NCBI GenBank assembly: GCA_035548655.1
Contig: DASZSN010000019.1
Location: 15,245 to 79,244, forward strand
Source: Minisyncoccota bacterium
Lineage (GTDB): Bacteria > Patescibacteriota > Minisyncoccia > Phycocordibacterales > UBA9973
Length of the DNA stretch: 64,000 bases
Reading direction: 5' to 3'
Below the pieces are notes generated by a model that saw only the letters and a list, made by a program, of their open reading frames with translations, had not been told where the DNA came from and made no database searches. Below, piece by piece: positions 1 to 10,001 of this stretch; position 1 is the stretch's first letter, and each line of letters opens with the position of its first letter. The translations under genes and the position numbers were made by a program.

Positions 1-548
1 GATGCCCCCGATACCGGCTCACCGTTTGCATCGATTGCTTTGATGACGATGGCACCGTTGCCATTTTCCGTTTCGAGCGATTTCGGCGCGACCAAACTGG
101 TGTATTCGACCGACACCGGTGTTTGACATGACGTGCAGGCGACATCTACCGCAACGAGTTTGTTGTCCGCAGGGGAGAGGTCGTTCGGTGTCCCACCAAG
201 CGTTCCGTCAGCAGGTTGATCGATGTTGCGTATCGTCACGCCGACCGAAAACGTCATATTGTTGCGTGTTACCGTCTGCGAAGGCGCGATGACGCCGGTG
301 GGAATCCCCCCGACAGTGCCGACATCGTAGTATTGGAGATTTCGGATTGTTTCAAACTGTTCATTTGCGATTTCGGTCGCCACTGTTCGGACTCTTACTG
401 TATTTGAAAATGAAATCACTCGCGCATAGAGCTGATAGATCGCAACCGAAAACACGAGAAACACGGCGGTTGCAACAAGTGTCTCAATGAGCGTCATCCC
501 TGATGATGGATTGCTTCTTTTTTTATGAACATAAAAAAAACGGCCCAT
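1..548 (-). CDS. Prepilin-type N-terminal cleavage/methylation protein (minor pilin), 3' end runs off the window
   Basis: Not in the ORF track. Read manually from ATG at 548: MGRFFYVHKKRSNPSSG|MTLIETLVATAVFLVFSVAIY..., a class III signal (G|MTLIE plus hydrophobic helix); directly downstream of pilC. Confidence 0.85.
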   Translation of the reverse strand, partial: MGRFFYVHKKRSNPSSGMTLIETLVATAVFLVFSVAIYQLYARVISFSNTVRVRTVATEIANEQFETIRNLQYYDVGTVGGIPTGVIAPSQTVTRNNMTFSVGVTIRNIDQPADGTLGGTPNDLSPADNKLVAVDVACTSCQTPVSVEYTSLVAPKSLETENGNGAIVIKAIDANGEPVSGA

Positions 549-550
549 GG

Positions 551-1780
551 TTATTTGATCGAATCCATGATGGAATACATCGGTGAGAGCATCGAAACGG
601 CAAAAAATCCGACTCCGGCACCAACGAAAATCATCATCACCGGTTCAATGATGGTGGAGAGGTTTTTTGTCCGTGCATCCACTTCTTCCTCATAAAATGT
701 CGCGATATCAGAGAGCATGCTGGTGATTTTCCCCGTTTCTTCGCCGACCTCGATCATTTCTCCGACCATCACCGGGTAGAGCTCGCTGTGTTTTTTGAAT
801 ACTTCCGATATCGGCTCCCCTTTTTGCACCGATTGTCCTGCTTCATCGAGTACTTTTTTGTAGTAATAATTTTGTAACACGTCCTTGGTAATGGCGATTG
901 ATCGACTGATATCGACACCGGAGGCGATAAGCGATGAGAGTGTGCGAGTTGTGCGCGCGGTATTTACTTCTTGAACCAATCCGCCAACAACGGGAATCCT
1001 CGTCGAAAGAAAGTCAAACCATCGTTTTGTGGTTGGCAATCGAGACGCGACATAGAACAATGCCACGATCACAAGAAGTCCGAGAACAAGGAGCAAGAGA
1101 TGGTTGGACACGAGATCGCTGATCGCGATGATGATCTTTGTCGAGGTGGGAAGCTGTGCATTGAGCTCTTTGAACGTGGAGACCAGTGTCGGCACGACGT
1201 AGATAAACATAAGGATACCGATGATGACAATGGCGCAGACGATGATCATCGGGTACATGAGCGCGCCTTTTATTTTTCGTCGCAATGTGTAGGTTTTTTC
1301 CAAGTTCGAACATACTTCGACAAGCGCCTGCGGCAATCCTCCGGATTCTTCTCCTGATCGCACCATCGCGACAAACAGTGTCGAGAAAATACGGGGATAT
1401 TTTGTAAGTCCTTCCGAGAGCGTCCCGCCTTTTGCGACGGTATCAAGGAGGGTCGTTATGATTGATTTGAAATATACGTTCTTTGTCTGACGGTGGAGCA
1501 CTTCAAGCGCGCGAGAAAGCGATAGCCCCGCCTTGAGCATCCCGGAGAGATTTTTTGCAAAAAGGATTCGTTCTGAAAGTTTGACTCGTCCAAAAAATGC
1601 GTTCCCAAAGGAGAGGTGGATCGTTCTCTTTTCATTGATGACGAGCGGTACGACACCGCTATCGCGCACTAGCGATGCCGCTTCCGCGCGATCTTTCGCG
1701 GTGATGGTACCGGAAGTAATCCCGCCCGCTTTATCTCTTCCTTTGAAGGTGAACAAGATTCCTTTTTGTGCAGACTGCAT
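551..1780 (-). CDS. pilC: Type IV pilus/T2SS inner-membrane platform protein (PilC/GspF family)
   Basis: Two T2SSF repeats (MVRSGEESGGL, MIEVGEETGKI, IIEPVMM), KIKGALMYP, 3 TM segments. Confidence 0.95.
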   Translation of the reverse strand: MQSAQKGILFTFKGRDKAGGITSGTITAKDRAEAASLVRDSGVVPLVINEKRTIHLSFGNAFFGRVKLSERILFAKNLSGMLKAGLSLSRALEVLHRQTKNVYFKSIITTLLDTVAKGGTLSEGLTKYPRIFSTLFVAMVRSGEESGGLPQALVEVCSNLEKTYTLRRKIKGALMYPMIIVCAIVIIGILMFIYVVPTLVSTFKELNAQLPTSTKIIIAISDLVSNHLLLLVLGLLVIVALFYVASRLPTTKRWFDFLSTRIPVVGGLVQEVNTARTTRTLSSLIASGVDISRSIAITKDVLQNYYYKKVLDEAGQSVQKGEPISEVFKKHSELYPVMVGEMIEVGEETGKITSMLSDIATFYEEEVDARTKNLSTIIEPVMMIFVGAGVGFFAVSMLSPMYSIMDSIK

Positions 1781-1800
1781 CTTCTAAGTATACCTGCTTT

Positions 1801-3549
1801 TTACTCACTCACCACACGAAGCACTTCGTCGATCGCCGTTTTTCCCTGCGCGGCTTGAAAAATACCGTCTTCGAGCATCGTCATCATTCCCTCTTTTTTC
1901 GCTTGCGTCTCCACTTCATCCGAGCTTCCGCCGCGCAAGATAATTTCTTTAATGGTCGGGGAAACTTTCATCACTTCGTGGATACCGATACGTCCTTTGT
2001 AGCCGTCGGGAGATTCGGCGCTTTTTTTCGGCCGATAGAAAGGAATCTTTTTCCACTCGGTCCCTTTTTTGATCACTCCTTCTTTTTCCAAAATGTCCCG
2101 CATCCGTGCGGTATCAATGAGTTTTTCGATGGCGGCAAGCTCCCCGGCACTTAGAAAATATTCTTCCTTTTCGTTCGTGAGGCGACGGACGAGACGTTGA
2201 GCGACGATCACCTTCGCGGTCGAAACGATCAAAAACGGCTCCACCCCCATATCGATGAGGCGCGGAATCGCCCCCGCAGAAGAGTTGGTGTGGATCGTCG
2301 AGAGCACTAAGTGCCCAGTAAGCGCGGCGTTCACCGCGAGCGAAGCGGTCTCGCCATCGCGGATCTCCCCCACCATGATGATGTTCGGGTCCTGACGAAG
2401 GAGCGCACGAAGTCCATTGGCAAACGTCATTCCGATTTCGCTTTTCACCTGCGTTTGATTGACGCGCGGCATTTGGTATTCAATCGGATCCTCAACAGTA
2501 GAGATATTGACCTCCGGCGTATTTAAAATATCGAGGATGGTATAGAGTGTCGTCGTTTTTCCCGAACCGGTCGGTCCCGAACAGAGAATGATCCCCGAGT
2601 GTTGTTTCATCCCCTCGTGAATGCGTTCAAGCGACTCTCCATGAAAACCGAGTCCTTCGAGGGTAAAGCCCTGTGATGATTCGCGCAGGATACGAATGAC
2701 TGTCTTTTCTCCAAAGTATGTCGGGAGCGTCGAGACACGAAATGACACCGGCTGATCATCGAGCACGATTTTGAATCGGCCGTCTTGTGGGAGGCGCTTC
2801 TCATCGAGCTTAAGGTTCGAGAGTACTTTGATGCGAGCGGTGATCGCCGGCGCAGTTTCTTTCGGAAGCGTCATGGCATCATGCAGAATGCCGTCGATGC
2901 GATAGCGGACGATGAGCTCCCCTTCTCCCGGTTCGATATGGATATCAGACGCCCCCTGGAGAATGGCGTGTGATATGAGCGAGTCGACGATCTTTACCAC
3001 CGGAAGGTCTTCGGCAAGTTCTTTGAGATCTTTTTCGGGCATCTCTTCCCCTTTGTCATCGACGCGTTGGATGTTGCCGACTTCTTGTTTGATGATCGAA
3101 TCAAACTCCGCCTGCAGACTCTTTTTGTACTGCAACAATACCGCCTTGATGGATTCTGAATCCGTCATGCGCGGCAAGATGCGAAGCCCCGTCTTTTTTT
3201 TGATGAAGTCAATCGCCGCGAGGTTGTCGATATCGATGGTCGCGACTTCAAGATCCTTCTCGTGCATGCGATACGCAACGATGTTGTACTTTCGAGCGAT
3301 GGCTTCCGGAATGAGCATCAGCACCGAGGGCTCTATCTTTTCTTTTGCAAGTCCGATAAAGGGGATGCCGAGCACGTACGCTTCGAGCCGTTTCAATTCA
3401 CTCTCTTTTACTTTTGCATTTTGGAGCAGATAGTCGGAGAGACTAATGTCTTTTTGTTTTTTTACTTTATCAAACGCCTCAAGGTCGCCCGGAGTGGCGA
3501 TGTTGGCATCGAGGACAAGATTGCGAAGCTTCGCTTCATCAACGATCAT
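1801..3549 (-). CDS. pilB: Type IV pilus assembly ATPase (PilB/GspE family)
   Basis: ASDIHIEP, Walker A GPTGSGKTTTLY, TVEDPIEY, LRQDPNIIMVGEIRD, TGHLVLSTIHTN; start set at ATG 3549, 6 nt after TATACT. Confidence 0.95.
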   Translation of the reverse strand: MIVDEAKLRNLVLDANIATPGDLEAFDKVKKQKDISLSDYLLQNAKVKESELKRLEAYVLGIPFIGLAKEKIEPSVLMLIPEAIARKYNIVAYRMHEKDLEVATIDIDNLAAIDFIKKKTGLRILPRMTDSESIKAVLLQYKKSLQAEFDSIIKQEVGNIQRVDDKGEEMPEKDLKELAEDLPVVKIVDSLISHAILQGASDIHIEPGEGELIVRYRIDGILHDAMTLPKETAPAITARIKVLSNLKLDEKRLPQDGRFKIVLDDQPVSFRVSTLPTYFGEKTVIRILRESSQGFTLEGLGFHGESLERIHEGMKQHSGIILCSGPTGSGKTTTLYTILDILNTPEVNISTVEDPIEYQMPRVNQTQVKSEIGMTFANGLRALLRQDPNIIMVGEIRDGETASLAVNAALTGHLVLSTIHTNSSAGAIPRLIDMGVEPFLIVSTAKVIVAQRLVRRLTNEKEEYFLSAGELAAIEKLIDTARMRDILEKEGVIKKGTEWKKIPFYRPKKSAESPDGYKGRIGIHEVMKVSPTIKEIILRGGSSDEVETQAKKEGMMTMLEDGIFQAAQGKTAIDEVLRVVSE

Positions 3550-3590
3550 GCACCAAGTATACCGCACGCTTCTCTGTAATAAAAAAGATA

Positions 3591-3635
3591 TACAAACAAC
3601 ACCATCCGCCGAGGAGGCGGATGGTGTTGTTTGTA
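3591..3635. terminator. Perfect 20-bp inverted repeat, probable terminator of the PKD gene
   Basis: TACAAACAACACCATCCGCC-GAGGA-GGCGGATGGTGTTGTTTGTA. Confidence 0.7.
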
Positions 3636-3640
3636 ATTGT

Positions 3641-4666
3641 TTAAAACTCGATAAAGGTCGGTTTGCGCGTCACTGTCACCGTAACTGGTGAGCTCAACGT
3701 TCCTCCACAGTTGGCGGTATAGGTGGTCGTGACAAAGAGCGCACCCGAAGATTTTGATCCATTCCACACGCCACTGCCGCCGGACATGGTGACAGAGCCG
3801 AGGTTGCCTCCATGATCATCGGTGATGGTACATGACGGCACGGTAGCAAAGTTGCTTGCGGTCACCGATAACGTCGATGCGTCCCCGGAATAAATGGAAG
3901 TCGGGGCGGCGGAGAGTGTGACAGTGGCAACAGAGTTTGCGACACACGAGCTTCCAACCCATGAACTGCCCGATGCGCATGACGCCGTCACCGACTTGCT
4001 ATCAAGCACAGTCGAACCATCCCTGAGATAGAACGTGACGGAAGGATAGGTTACTGATGATCCGACCGGGAATGCACTCGGCTGATTAGCCGCGTTGGAG
4101 AGAATGGCCGTTCCGTTGTAGAGGTTTGGCGAGGTTGCGTTGGTTGTCGTCCATGTCGCGTTTACTGAGCCGGAAGTACAGGTACTTGCATTCAATGGAA
4201 TAGTGCATGAGCTTGGGGTGACGGTGAGTGCTCCGGTGACGCCCCCAGGGGTTGGATTTACCGTGACAACCATATCATCCGATCCGGTGAGTCCGGGACT
4301 TCCGTTGTCGGTAACGGTCAAACGAAATGTGTATGTTCCTTGTGCAAGACCACTGATCGTTGTCGTTGCGGATGACGGAGACACGATTGTTGCCGCGCCA
4401 CCAGAAACTTTTGTCCATGCGTATGAGGTTATCGTACCGTCAGGATCAGACCCCGAACCAACGACTGAGACTGAGTTTGTCGGCAATGTGATGACTTTAT
4501 CCGGTCCGGCATTCGCCGTTGGAGGTTGGTTTCCAACCGGGTTGACGATATATGGAATCGAGAACGTGCTATACGTCCATACCGCATGCGCGGACGAAGC
4601 AGTTATGGAAATGATTGCAAGCGCGACTGTCAGAGTTCCGAGAAATGTGGTGAGATATTTTTTCAT
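3641..4666 (-). CDS. Secreted PKD/Ig-like domain surface protein
   Basis: Signal peptide MKKYL...AHA; NQPPTANAGPD...GSGSDPDGTITSYAW...GTYTFRLTVTDNG PKD/REJ-like motif; S/T-rich beta repeats. Confidence 0.85.
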   Translation of the reverse strand: MKKYLTTFLGTLTVALAIISITASSAHAVWTYSTFSIPYIVNPVGNQPPTANAGPDKVITLPTNSVSVVGSGSDPDGTITSYAWTKVSGGAATIVSPSSATTTISGLAQGTYTFRLTVTDNGSPGLTGSDDMVVTVNPTPGGVTGALTVTPSSCTIPLNASTCTSGSVNATWTTTNATSPNLYNGTAILSNAANQPSAFPVGSSVTYPSVTFYLRDGSTVLDSKSVTASCASGSSWVGSSCVANSVATVTLSAAPTSIYSGDASTLSVTASNFATVPSCTITDDHGGNLGSVTMSGGSGVWNGSKSSGALFVTTTYTANCGGTLSSPVTVTVTRKPTFIEF

Positions 4667-4676
4667 ATGTTGTGAA

Positions 4677-7082
4677 TTATTGCTGGCAAATCTCATACCC
4701 AGTATGACTCGGGTCTGGAACACATGCGCCTAAGCACCCCTGCGATATTCCCGGCCACTCATTACACATACCTCCTGACGGCGGTGGTGGTGAACCAAGA
4801 TCAGTGAGTGTGACGGAGTCAGTGTTACTGCCGGCAAGGTTGGTGCATGTTAGAGAGTAGGTAGTGGTTGCTGATGGGGTAACGGTTGCATATCCAGAAG
4901 TATTGCCTGATGTCGAGAAACCGCTCCCTGTGCAAGAGTTTGCATACTGCGAACTCCAGGAGACCGTCACCGATGTGCCGTCATAGAAATATTGCGGGTT
5001 TGCGGATATGTTAGTCGTGGGAATCGGCGGGAGGATGATGTAGGGAACCGTAAGATCAGAGCCGTCCAATAAAGCATAAGTAACTTGTTCAGAAGCTGTG
5101 CCGTTACTTACCACTCCTGAAAACGCCTCCTGATCACAGGAAGATGAACCCCAGTGAAGTGTGTAGTCCATGTAATAACTGTTTGCCCCCAAGTAAGAAT
5201 ACGATGTGCCAGAATTGACTGCCGTCATAGACGGTGACCCAAAAGGAGAAGGGGGTGGGTATCCAAAACCATTGTCACTTGGAATATCGTAATATTGTAG
5301 TTTTAATTTTAAACCAAGACCAGATACATCGAGCGGAGTCGTTGCAGTAGGGTCACTGAAGAAACTCACAGTTTCAGTGACGTTGTAATAGTTGTAATGA
5401 TTAGTCCAACCAACATCAGCCCTACCATCACCACCAGGGCAAGATGATTCCGTTGGAAGATTTCTGTATCCATCATCGTCGGTATCAGCAACCTTCACAT
5501 AAATCGGTCCGTTAACTCCCGCAGTAAAATCAACGGTGTAGTTACCAGTAGACGGAGCGTTAAATTGTTTTGTATTATCAATGACATTTTGTCCTGGAGC
5601 GAGTGTTACAGATCCACCAAATAACTGAACTGAGGAGTTGTTCACTGTAACCGCCGAAAGGCTAATCGGATATGTTGTTGTGCCAGACGAGTTGCTCACC
5701 TGAGCATTTACCTTTATATGGTCTCCTTGATTATAAACAGTTGAGTCAATGCCCAAATTTAACATCACATCACTATTAAGAAAGAACGTCGTTGCGTGCG
5801 CATGTACAAACGGTGTAAGTCCGACAACAACAAAGAGTGCAAGTGCACTTATCGTTTTGCGGCCAAGCCGTTTCTTTATTGCCATGAGCACAACAACAGC
5901 AACAATGAGAATCACCAAGAGAAGGAGGCCGCCCCACGCACTTGAAAAGAGTTTCAAAGGAGAAGAGGGCACCGCGACAGATTTTTGCGCAAGTGCAGTA
6001 CCATCTGCTCCAGCAAGCGCAACGGTGATCTGCGGATTCACGCATGCTGAAGTAATCGGCACCATGACGTCCTGCATGCCCGGACCGGTTGCCTGCATCG
6101 TAGCTGTGCCGCATGAGCCACCTGAAACATTGGTAATCGTTGCGGTAATCATTGGAGTAAAGACACCGGAACCGTTCCAGAGAACGGAGAGTTTCGCCGT
6201 TTCCCCTTTGTGATAGCGATCCTTGTCAGGAGAGATATTTACCACCGTCGCAGAGATGCCGTTTCTGCTGTAGGCAAACGGAATCGTGTTTGATTTGTCG
6301 GTACCGACGACGAGCGAGAAAAATCCTTTGTACAATCCCGCATCAGCCGCAACCGGCACCGCAATTGTGACGGATTTTTTTGCACCGGCGGCAAGGGTGG
6401 TGGCGCTCGTATCGGGAGCGCTTGTTTTTGCGAGTGCACCGTATGCGCCGCGAGATTTGATGACAAATGACGGAGTCACCGTGATGGACGAGGTGCTTGT
6501 ATTGGTGATCGTACATGAAAGATAGAGAGATTGACCGCTACCGACAACAATACCCGAGGCAGTGGTTGCAGTACCGGGAGACTGTTTGCTGGTATTTAAA
6601 CGACATGTTTCAGGAGCAATGGCGACCCCGGAAGTTCCCGACAACGTCACATTGTCGATAGAGGCGATACCGAGCGGAAAACCACTGTCGTTGCCGCCTA
6701 CTATATAGAGCACGTATGCTCCCGAAAGTGCTGCAGGTGCTTCGTATACGATATCGCGGTTTGTTGTCGAATTTTCGGCAAGTACAAGTGTCTCGTCATA
6801 ATCCTTTTCATCTGCGACCGTTTGCGGTGATGAGGCAGGGACAAGTTGCACACTGTAATGCACTCCCGCCTGTACCCCCTTCCCATTCGTAAGGGAAAAA
6901 GAGAGATGAAATGTATTTCCTTCCTGAGAGGCAATGTGAGCATTTTGGATGTTGACTTCTGCAACAGCCAAAGGTTTCGTGGGAGTAGAAAGAGTATTCT
7001 GGGCCACTGCTATAGGAGCAGTAAGCAAAAAGAAAGTGAATATTGTTATGATCACTTTTTTAAATGATGGTGGCTGGTTCAT
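4677..7082 (-). CDS. Large secreted/membrane Ig-like protein with an internal TM and a second signal-peptide-like segment
   Basis: N-terminal signal (AVA|Q), beta-rich S/T domains, internal TM, CPR-type C-terminal repeat (VSWSSQYANSCTGSGF...YSLTC). Confidence 0.75.
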   Translation of the reverse strand: MNQPPSFKKVIITIFTFFLLTAPIAVAQNTLSTPTKPLAVAEVNIQNAHIASQEGNTFHLSFSLTNGKGVQAGVHYSVQLVPASSPQTVADEKDYDETLVLAENSTTNRDIVYEAPAALSGAYVLYIVGGNDSGFPLGIASIDNVTLSGTSGVAIAPETCRLNTSKQSPGTATTASGIVVGSGQSLYLSCTITNTSTSSITVTPSFVIKSRGAYGALAKTSAPDTSATTLAAGAKKSVTIAVPVAADAGLYKGFFSLVVGTDKSNTIPFAYSRNGISATVVNISPDKDRYHKGETAKLSVLWNGSGVFTPMITATITNVSGGSCGTATMQATGPGMQDVMVPITSACVNPQITVALAGADGTALAQKSVAVPSSPLKLFSSAWGGLLLLVILIVAVVVLMAIKKRLGRKTISALALFVVVGLTPFVHAHATTFFLNSDVMLNLGIDSTVYNQGDHIKVNAQVSNSSGTTTYPISLSAVTVNNSSVQLFGGSVTLAPGQNVIDNTKQFNAPSTGNYTVDFTAGVNGPIYVKVADTDDDGYRNLPTESSCPGGDGRADVGWTNHYNYYNVTETVSFFSDPTATTPLDVSGLGLKLKLQYYDIPSDNGFGYPPPSPFGSPSMTAVNSGTSYSYLGANSYYMDYTLHWGSSSCDQEAFSGVVSNGTASEQVTYALLDGSDLTVPYIILPPIPTTNISANPQYFYDGTSVTVSWSSQYANSCTGSGFSTSGNTSGYATVTPSATTTYSLTCTNLAGSNTDSVTLTDLGSPPPPSGGMCNEWPGISQGCLGACVPDPSHTGYEICQQ

Positions 7083-7194
7083 TGATGAAAAGAAATACTT
7101 GATTAATTACTATACAGAAAGTATAGCATCTATTACTTTGTCAATAAAAAAACCTTACCTTGTTAAAGGTGAGGTTCACTACTGGCTTTTTTCT

Positions 7195-7875
7195 TTAATG
7201 CCGAAGGTATGTGAATACAATCGAATCTCCTGAGGGGTAGCCGATGTTTGATATTTTCAACGTATCTTTATTCACAGTCCTAACATCCCACAACCGTTGA
7301 TCAGGAGATTGTGCAAGCATAATTTTCCTGTAGTTTGAGGCAAAATACCATTCGCCATATCCATCAGAAAGTCCGTTATTGCACCGTGAGTTGAGTATAC
7401 TCACCGTACTGTCGACATGAAAAACAAAATTTTCACATGTCGGGACGATCGAGTGCCACGTACCACCAAAATATTCCTCATCGAAGGTCAATGCCCACGT
7501 GCCGGGATATTGGCACACTGCGCTAACCTGTTCTGGACGCACATACACTTTTACTTCTTCAGTTCTCTGTAGAGCGCCAGTCGCAATAAACGTAAGAGTT
7601 GTATCACGTACCAGGTCTTCTAAAGAAATTGTTCCCTGCAAAGCAACTGTATGTCCATTGACTGACAACGAGGTTGCATTTTTTACATTGTATCCGATGA
7701 GAGTATCGGATTTATACCATTGCGGTCCTTGTGGAACCGCAGTGAATGTAATTTGGGGTGATGTTGGTGGTGGCGTTACTCCGCCCCCTGGAGAAGATCC
7801 CGGGGTACAGCCAAAACCTATAAAAAAACAGAAAAGTACTAACTTCCCTGTTTTGACGAAAGTTAAACTTTTCAT
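7195..7875 (-). CDS. Putative lipoprotein with C-terminal lipocalin-like domain (AT-rich ORFan)
   Basis: Lipobox-like FGC; GTWAL...FVFHVDSTV...GEWYF...VNKDTLKI...FTYLR resembles Lipocalin_4-like barrels. Confidence 0.6.
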   Translation of the reverse strand: MKSLTFVKTGKLVLFCFFIGFGCTPGSSPGGGVTPPPTSPQITFTAVPQGPQWYKSDTLIGYNVKNATSLSVNGHTVALQGTISLEDLVRDTTLTFIATGALQRTEEVKVYVRPEQVSAVCQYPGTWALTFDEEYFGGTWHSIVPTCENFVFHVDSTVSILNSRCNNGLSDGYGEWYFASNYRKIMLAQSPDQRLWDVRTVNKDTLKISNIGYPSGDSIVFTYLRH

Positions 7876-7990
7876 ATTTCCTCCTTTTTAGATGTATAGA
7901 GCAATAATCACTCTTTATGCCAATACTAATCAAAATGTGCATTTTGTCAATACCTCTTCGAGGGGAAAACAGGTGGAAAACCGATTTGCA

Positions 7991-8019
7991 TTGCAAACAA
8001 ACGGTTCCTGTGCTACAGT
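7991..8019 (+). promoter_or_regulatory. sigma70-like promoter of nusA
   Basis: TTGCAA-17 nt-TACAGT with TG extension. Confidence 0.55.
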
Positions 8020-8084
8020 GTATCTGTTGATGTCCGTCCCGAAAGGTCGGACATTTCGTTTAAAAGTACCCTCATTTAATTATC

Positions 8085-9344
8085 ATGTTAGACATCAAAG
8101 CACTAAAACTAGCCATCGAACAGCTTGAAAGCGAGCGAAGAATCGCCCGTGAAAAGCTTATCGACGCCATCGAACAAGCATTTGCCGCCGCGTACAAAAA
8201 AGAGTACGGCCACAAAGGTCAAGTGATCCGCGCACGTATCGATCTCGACGCGGGCACTGTTTCATTTGAACAGGTGAAAACTGTTGTCGACGAGACAACG
8301 GTGCGCTTTGACGTCCCCGAAGAAGGAACCGAGGGCACTCCGATGGAAACGATGGCGAGTGAAACGGGCGAAGTTGACGAGCGTGAGCATTACAACGAAG
8401 AGAAGCACTTGCTCCTCGCTGACGCGCGCATCATGAAAAGTGACGCGCAGGTGGGAGACGAAATCGTCTTTCCGCTCGAACCAAAAGAGGATTTTGGTCG
8501 CATTGCCGCACAAACCGCAAAACAGGTCATCATGCAACGCATCCGTGAAGCGGAGCGCTCCAGTATCATGGAAGAGTTTGGCGGCAAAGAAGGCGATATC
8601 GTCTCCGGCTATATTCAAAAAGTCGATCGCGGCACGGTCTTTGTCGACTTCAACCGCGCAACGGGCATGCTCCCGCCGAACGAACAAATCCCGGGCGAGC
8701 ACTACACTCGTGGCTCACGCATCCGTGGCTATCTCTACAACGTTGAGGAGAGTCCGCGCGGCATCACGCTTCGCATCTCCCGCACACACCCGAAGTTTTT
8801 GGAAAAACTCTTCGCGTATGAATCGCCGGAAGTGGCAAGCGGTGTCGTACAGATCAAATCAATCGCCCGTGAACCGGGAAGCCGTTCAAAGATCGCCGTG
8901 TGGACCGATGACGCGAACATCGATCCGGTGGGAAGTTGTGTCGGTCAAAAGGGTGTGCGCGTCGGCACTGTCATGAACGAACTCGGCGGAGAAAAGATCG
9001 ATATCATCGAGTGGTCACCAGATCCGGAAGAGTTTGTCCGCAAGGCGCTCTCCCCGGCTCGCGTGCTCGATCTGACGCTCGATGAGACGGAGCACAAAGC
9101 GACAATCGAAGTCACTCCCGACCAACTCTCTCTTGCCATCGGCAAAGGCGGACAGAACGTGCGCCTCGCCGCGAAACTTACCGGCTGGAAGATTGATATT
9201 AAAGGAAGTGAATTGCAGGCGACGCCGGAAGCGGTCGCTGATGGACTTCCAAGTGAGGGCGACGACTTTGTTCCGCTCGAAAAACTCGCCGCTAAAGAAG
9301 AAACAGAAAAACCAATCAAAGAAACAACCGTCGACGAAGCATAG
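8085..9344 (+). CDS. nusA: Transcription termination factor NusA
   Basis: FGRIAAQTAKQVIMQRIREAER, S1 domain, KH motifs AREPGSRSKIAV, CVGQKGVRV, AIGKGGQNVRLAAKLTGWKIDI. Confidence 0.98.
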   Translation: MLDIKALKLAIEQLESERRIAREKLIDAIEQAFAAAYKKEYGHKGQVIRARIDLDAGTVSFEQVKTVVDETTVRFDVPEEGTEGTPMETMASETGEVDEREHYNEEKHLLLADARIMKSDAQVGDEIVFPLEPKEDFGRIAAQTAKQVIMQRIREAERSSIMEEFGGKEGDIVSGYIQKVDRGTVFVDFNRATGMLPPNEQIPGEHYTRGSRIRGYLYNVEESPRGITLRISRTHPKFLEKLFAYESPEVASGVVQIKSIAREPGSRSKIAVWTDDANIDPVGSCVGQKGVRVGTVMNELGGEKIDIIEWSPDPEEFVRKALSPARVLDLTLDETEHKATIEVTPDQLSLAIGKGGQNVRLAAKLTGWKIDIKGSELQATPEAVADGLPSEGDDFVPLEKLAAKEETEKPIKETTVDEA

Positions 9345-9382
9345 TTTGTTCTCCTCCTTATCATTAACTACGCACTACTCAT

Positions 9383-9928
9383 ATGAATCTCTATCACGAC
9401 ATCTCCCTCGGAGACAATGCACCACAAGAATTTAACTGCGTTGTCGAAATCCCAAAGGGCTCTCACAACAAATACGAAATCGACAAGGCGACCGGACTCA
9501 TCGCACTTGATCGCGCAAACTACAACGCGGCGCCGTACCCATTTGATTATGCGTTTGCACCGCAAACGCTTTGGGATGATGGTGATGCGCTTGATGTCGT
9601 CATTCTCTCCACATGGCCACTGGCGGTTGGTGTGATGGTAACTGTGCGTCCGGTAGCGATTATCAATATGGTAGACGCGGGAGAAAGCGATGCAAAAATC
9701 ATCGCGGTTCCCGTAGGTGACCGACGCTTTGAACATATCCACGACCTCGCAGATCTCAACAAACACAACATAAAAGAGTTCACGCACTTTTTTGAAACCT
9801 ACAAACTCCTCAAATCCGACGACCCGCACAAATACCCGGTCGTTATCAACGGTGTGGACGGCAAAGAAAAAGCCATCGAGGCGATAAAAAAATCAATCAC
9901 GCTCTATCAACAAAAGTTCGGGAAATAG
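9383..9928 (+). CDS. ppa: Inorganic pyrophosphatase (family I)
   Basis: VEIPKGSHNKYE, LDR, DDGDALDV, DAKIIAV, HFFETYK. Confidence 0.96.
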   Translation: MNLYHDISLGDNAPQEFNCVVEIPKGSHNKYEIDKATGLIALDRANYNAAPYPFDYAFAPQTLWDDGDALDVVILSTWPLAVGVMVTVRPVAIINMVDAGESDAKIIAVPVGDRRFEHIHDLADLNKHNIKEFTHFFETYKLLKSDDPHKYPVVINGVDGKEKAIEAIKKSITLYQQKFGK

Positions 9929-10001
9929 ATCTTTTTTCGGTCATTTCTTGTAATGGAGAAGGGTGACAATCGTCTCTTTTTATGCTAGAATGCGCAAACG
10001 T

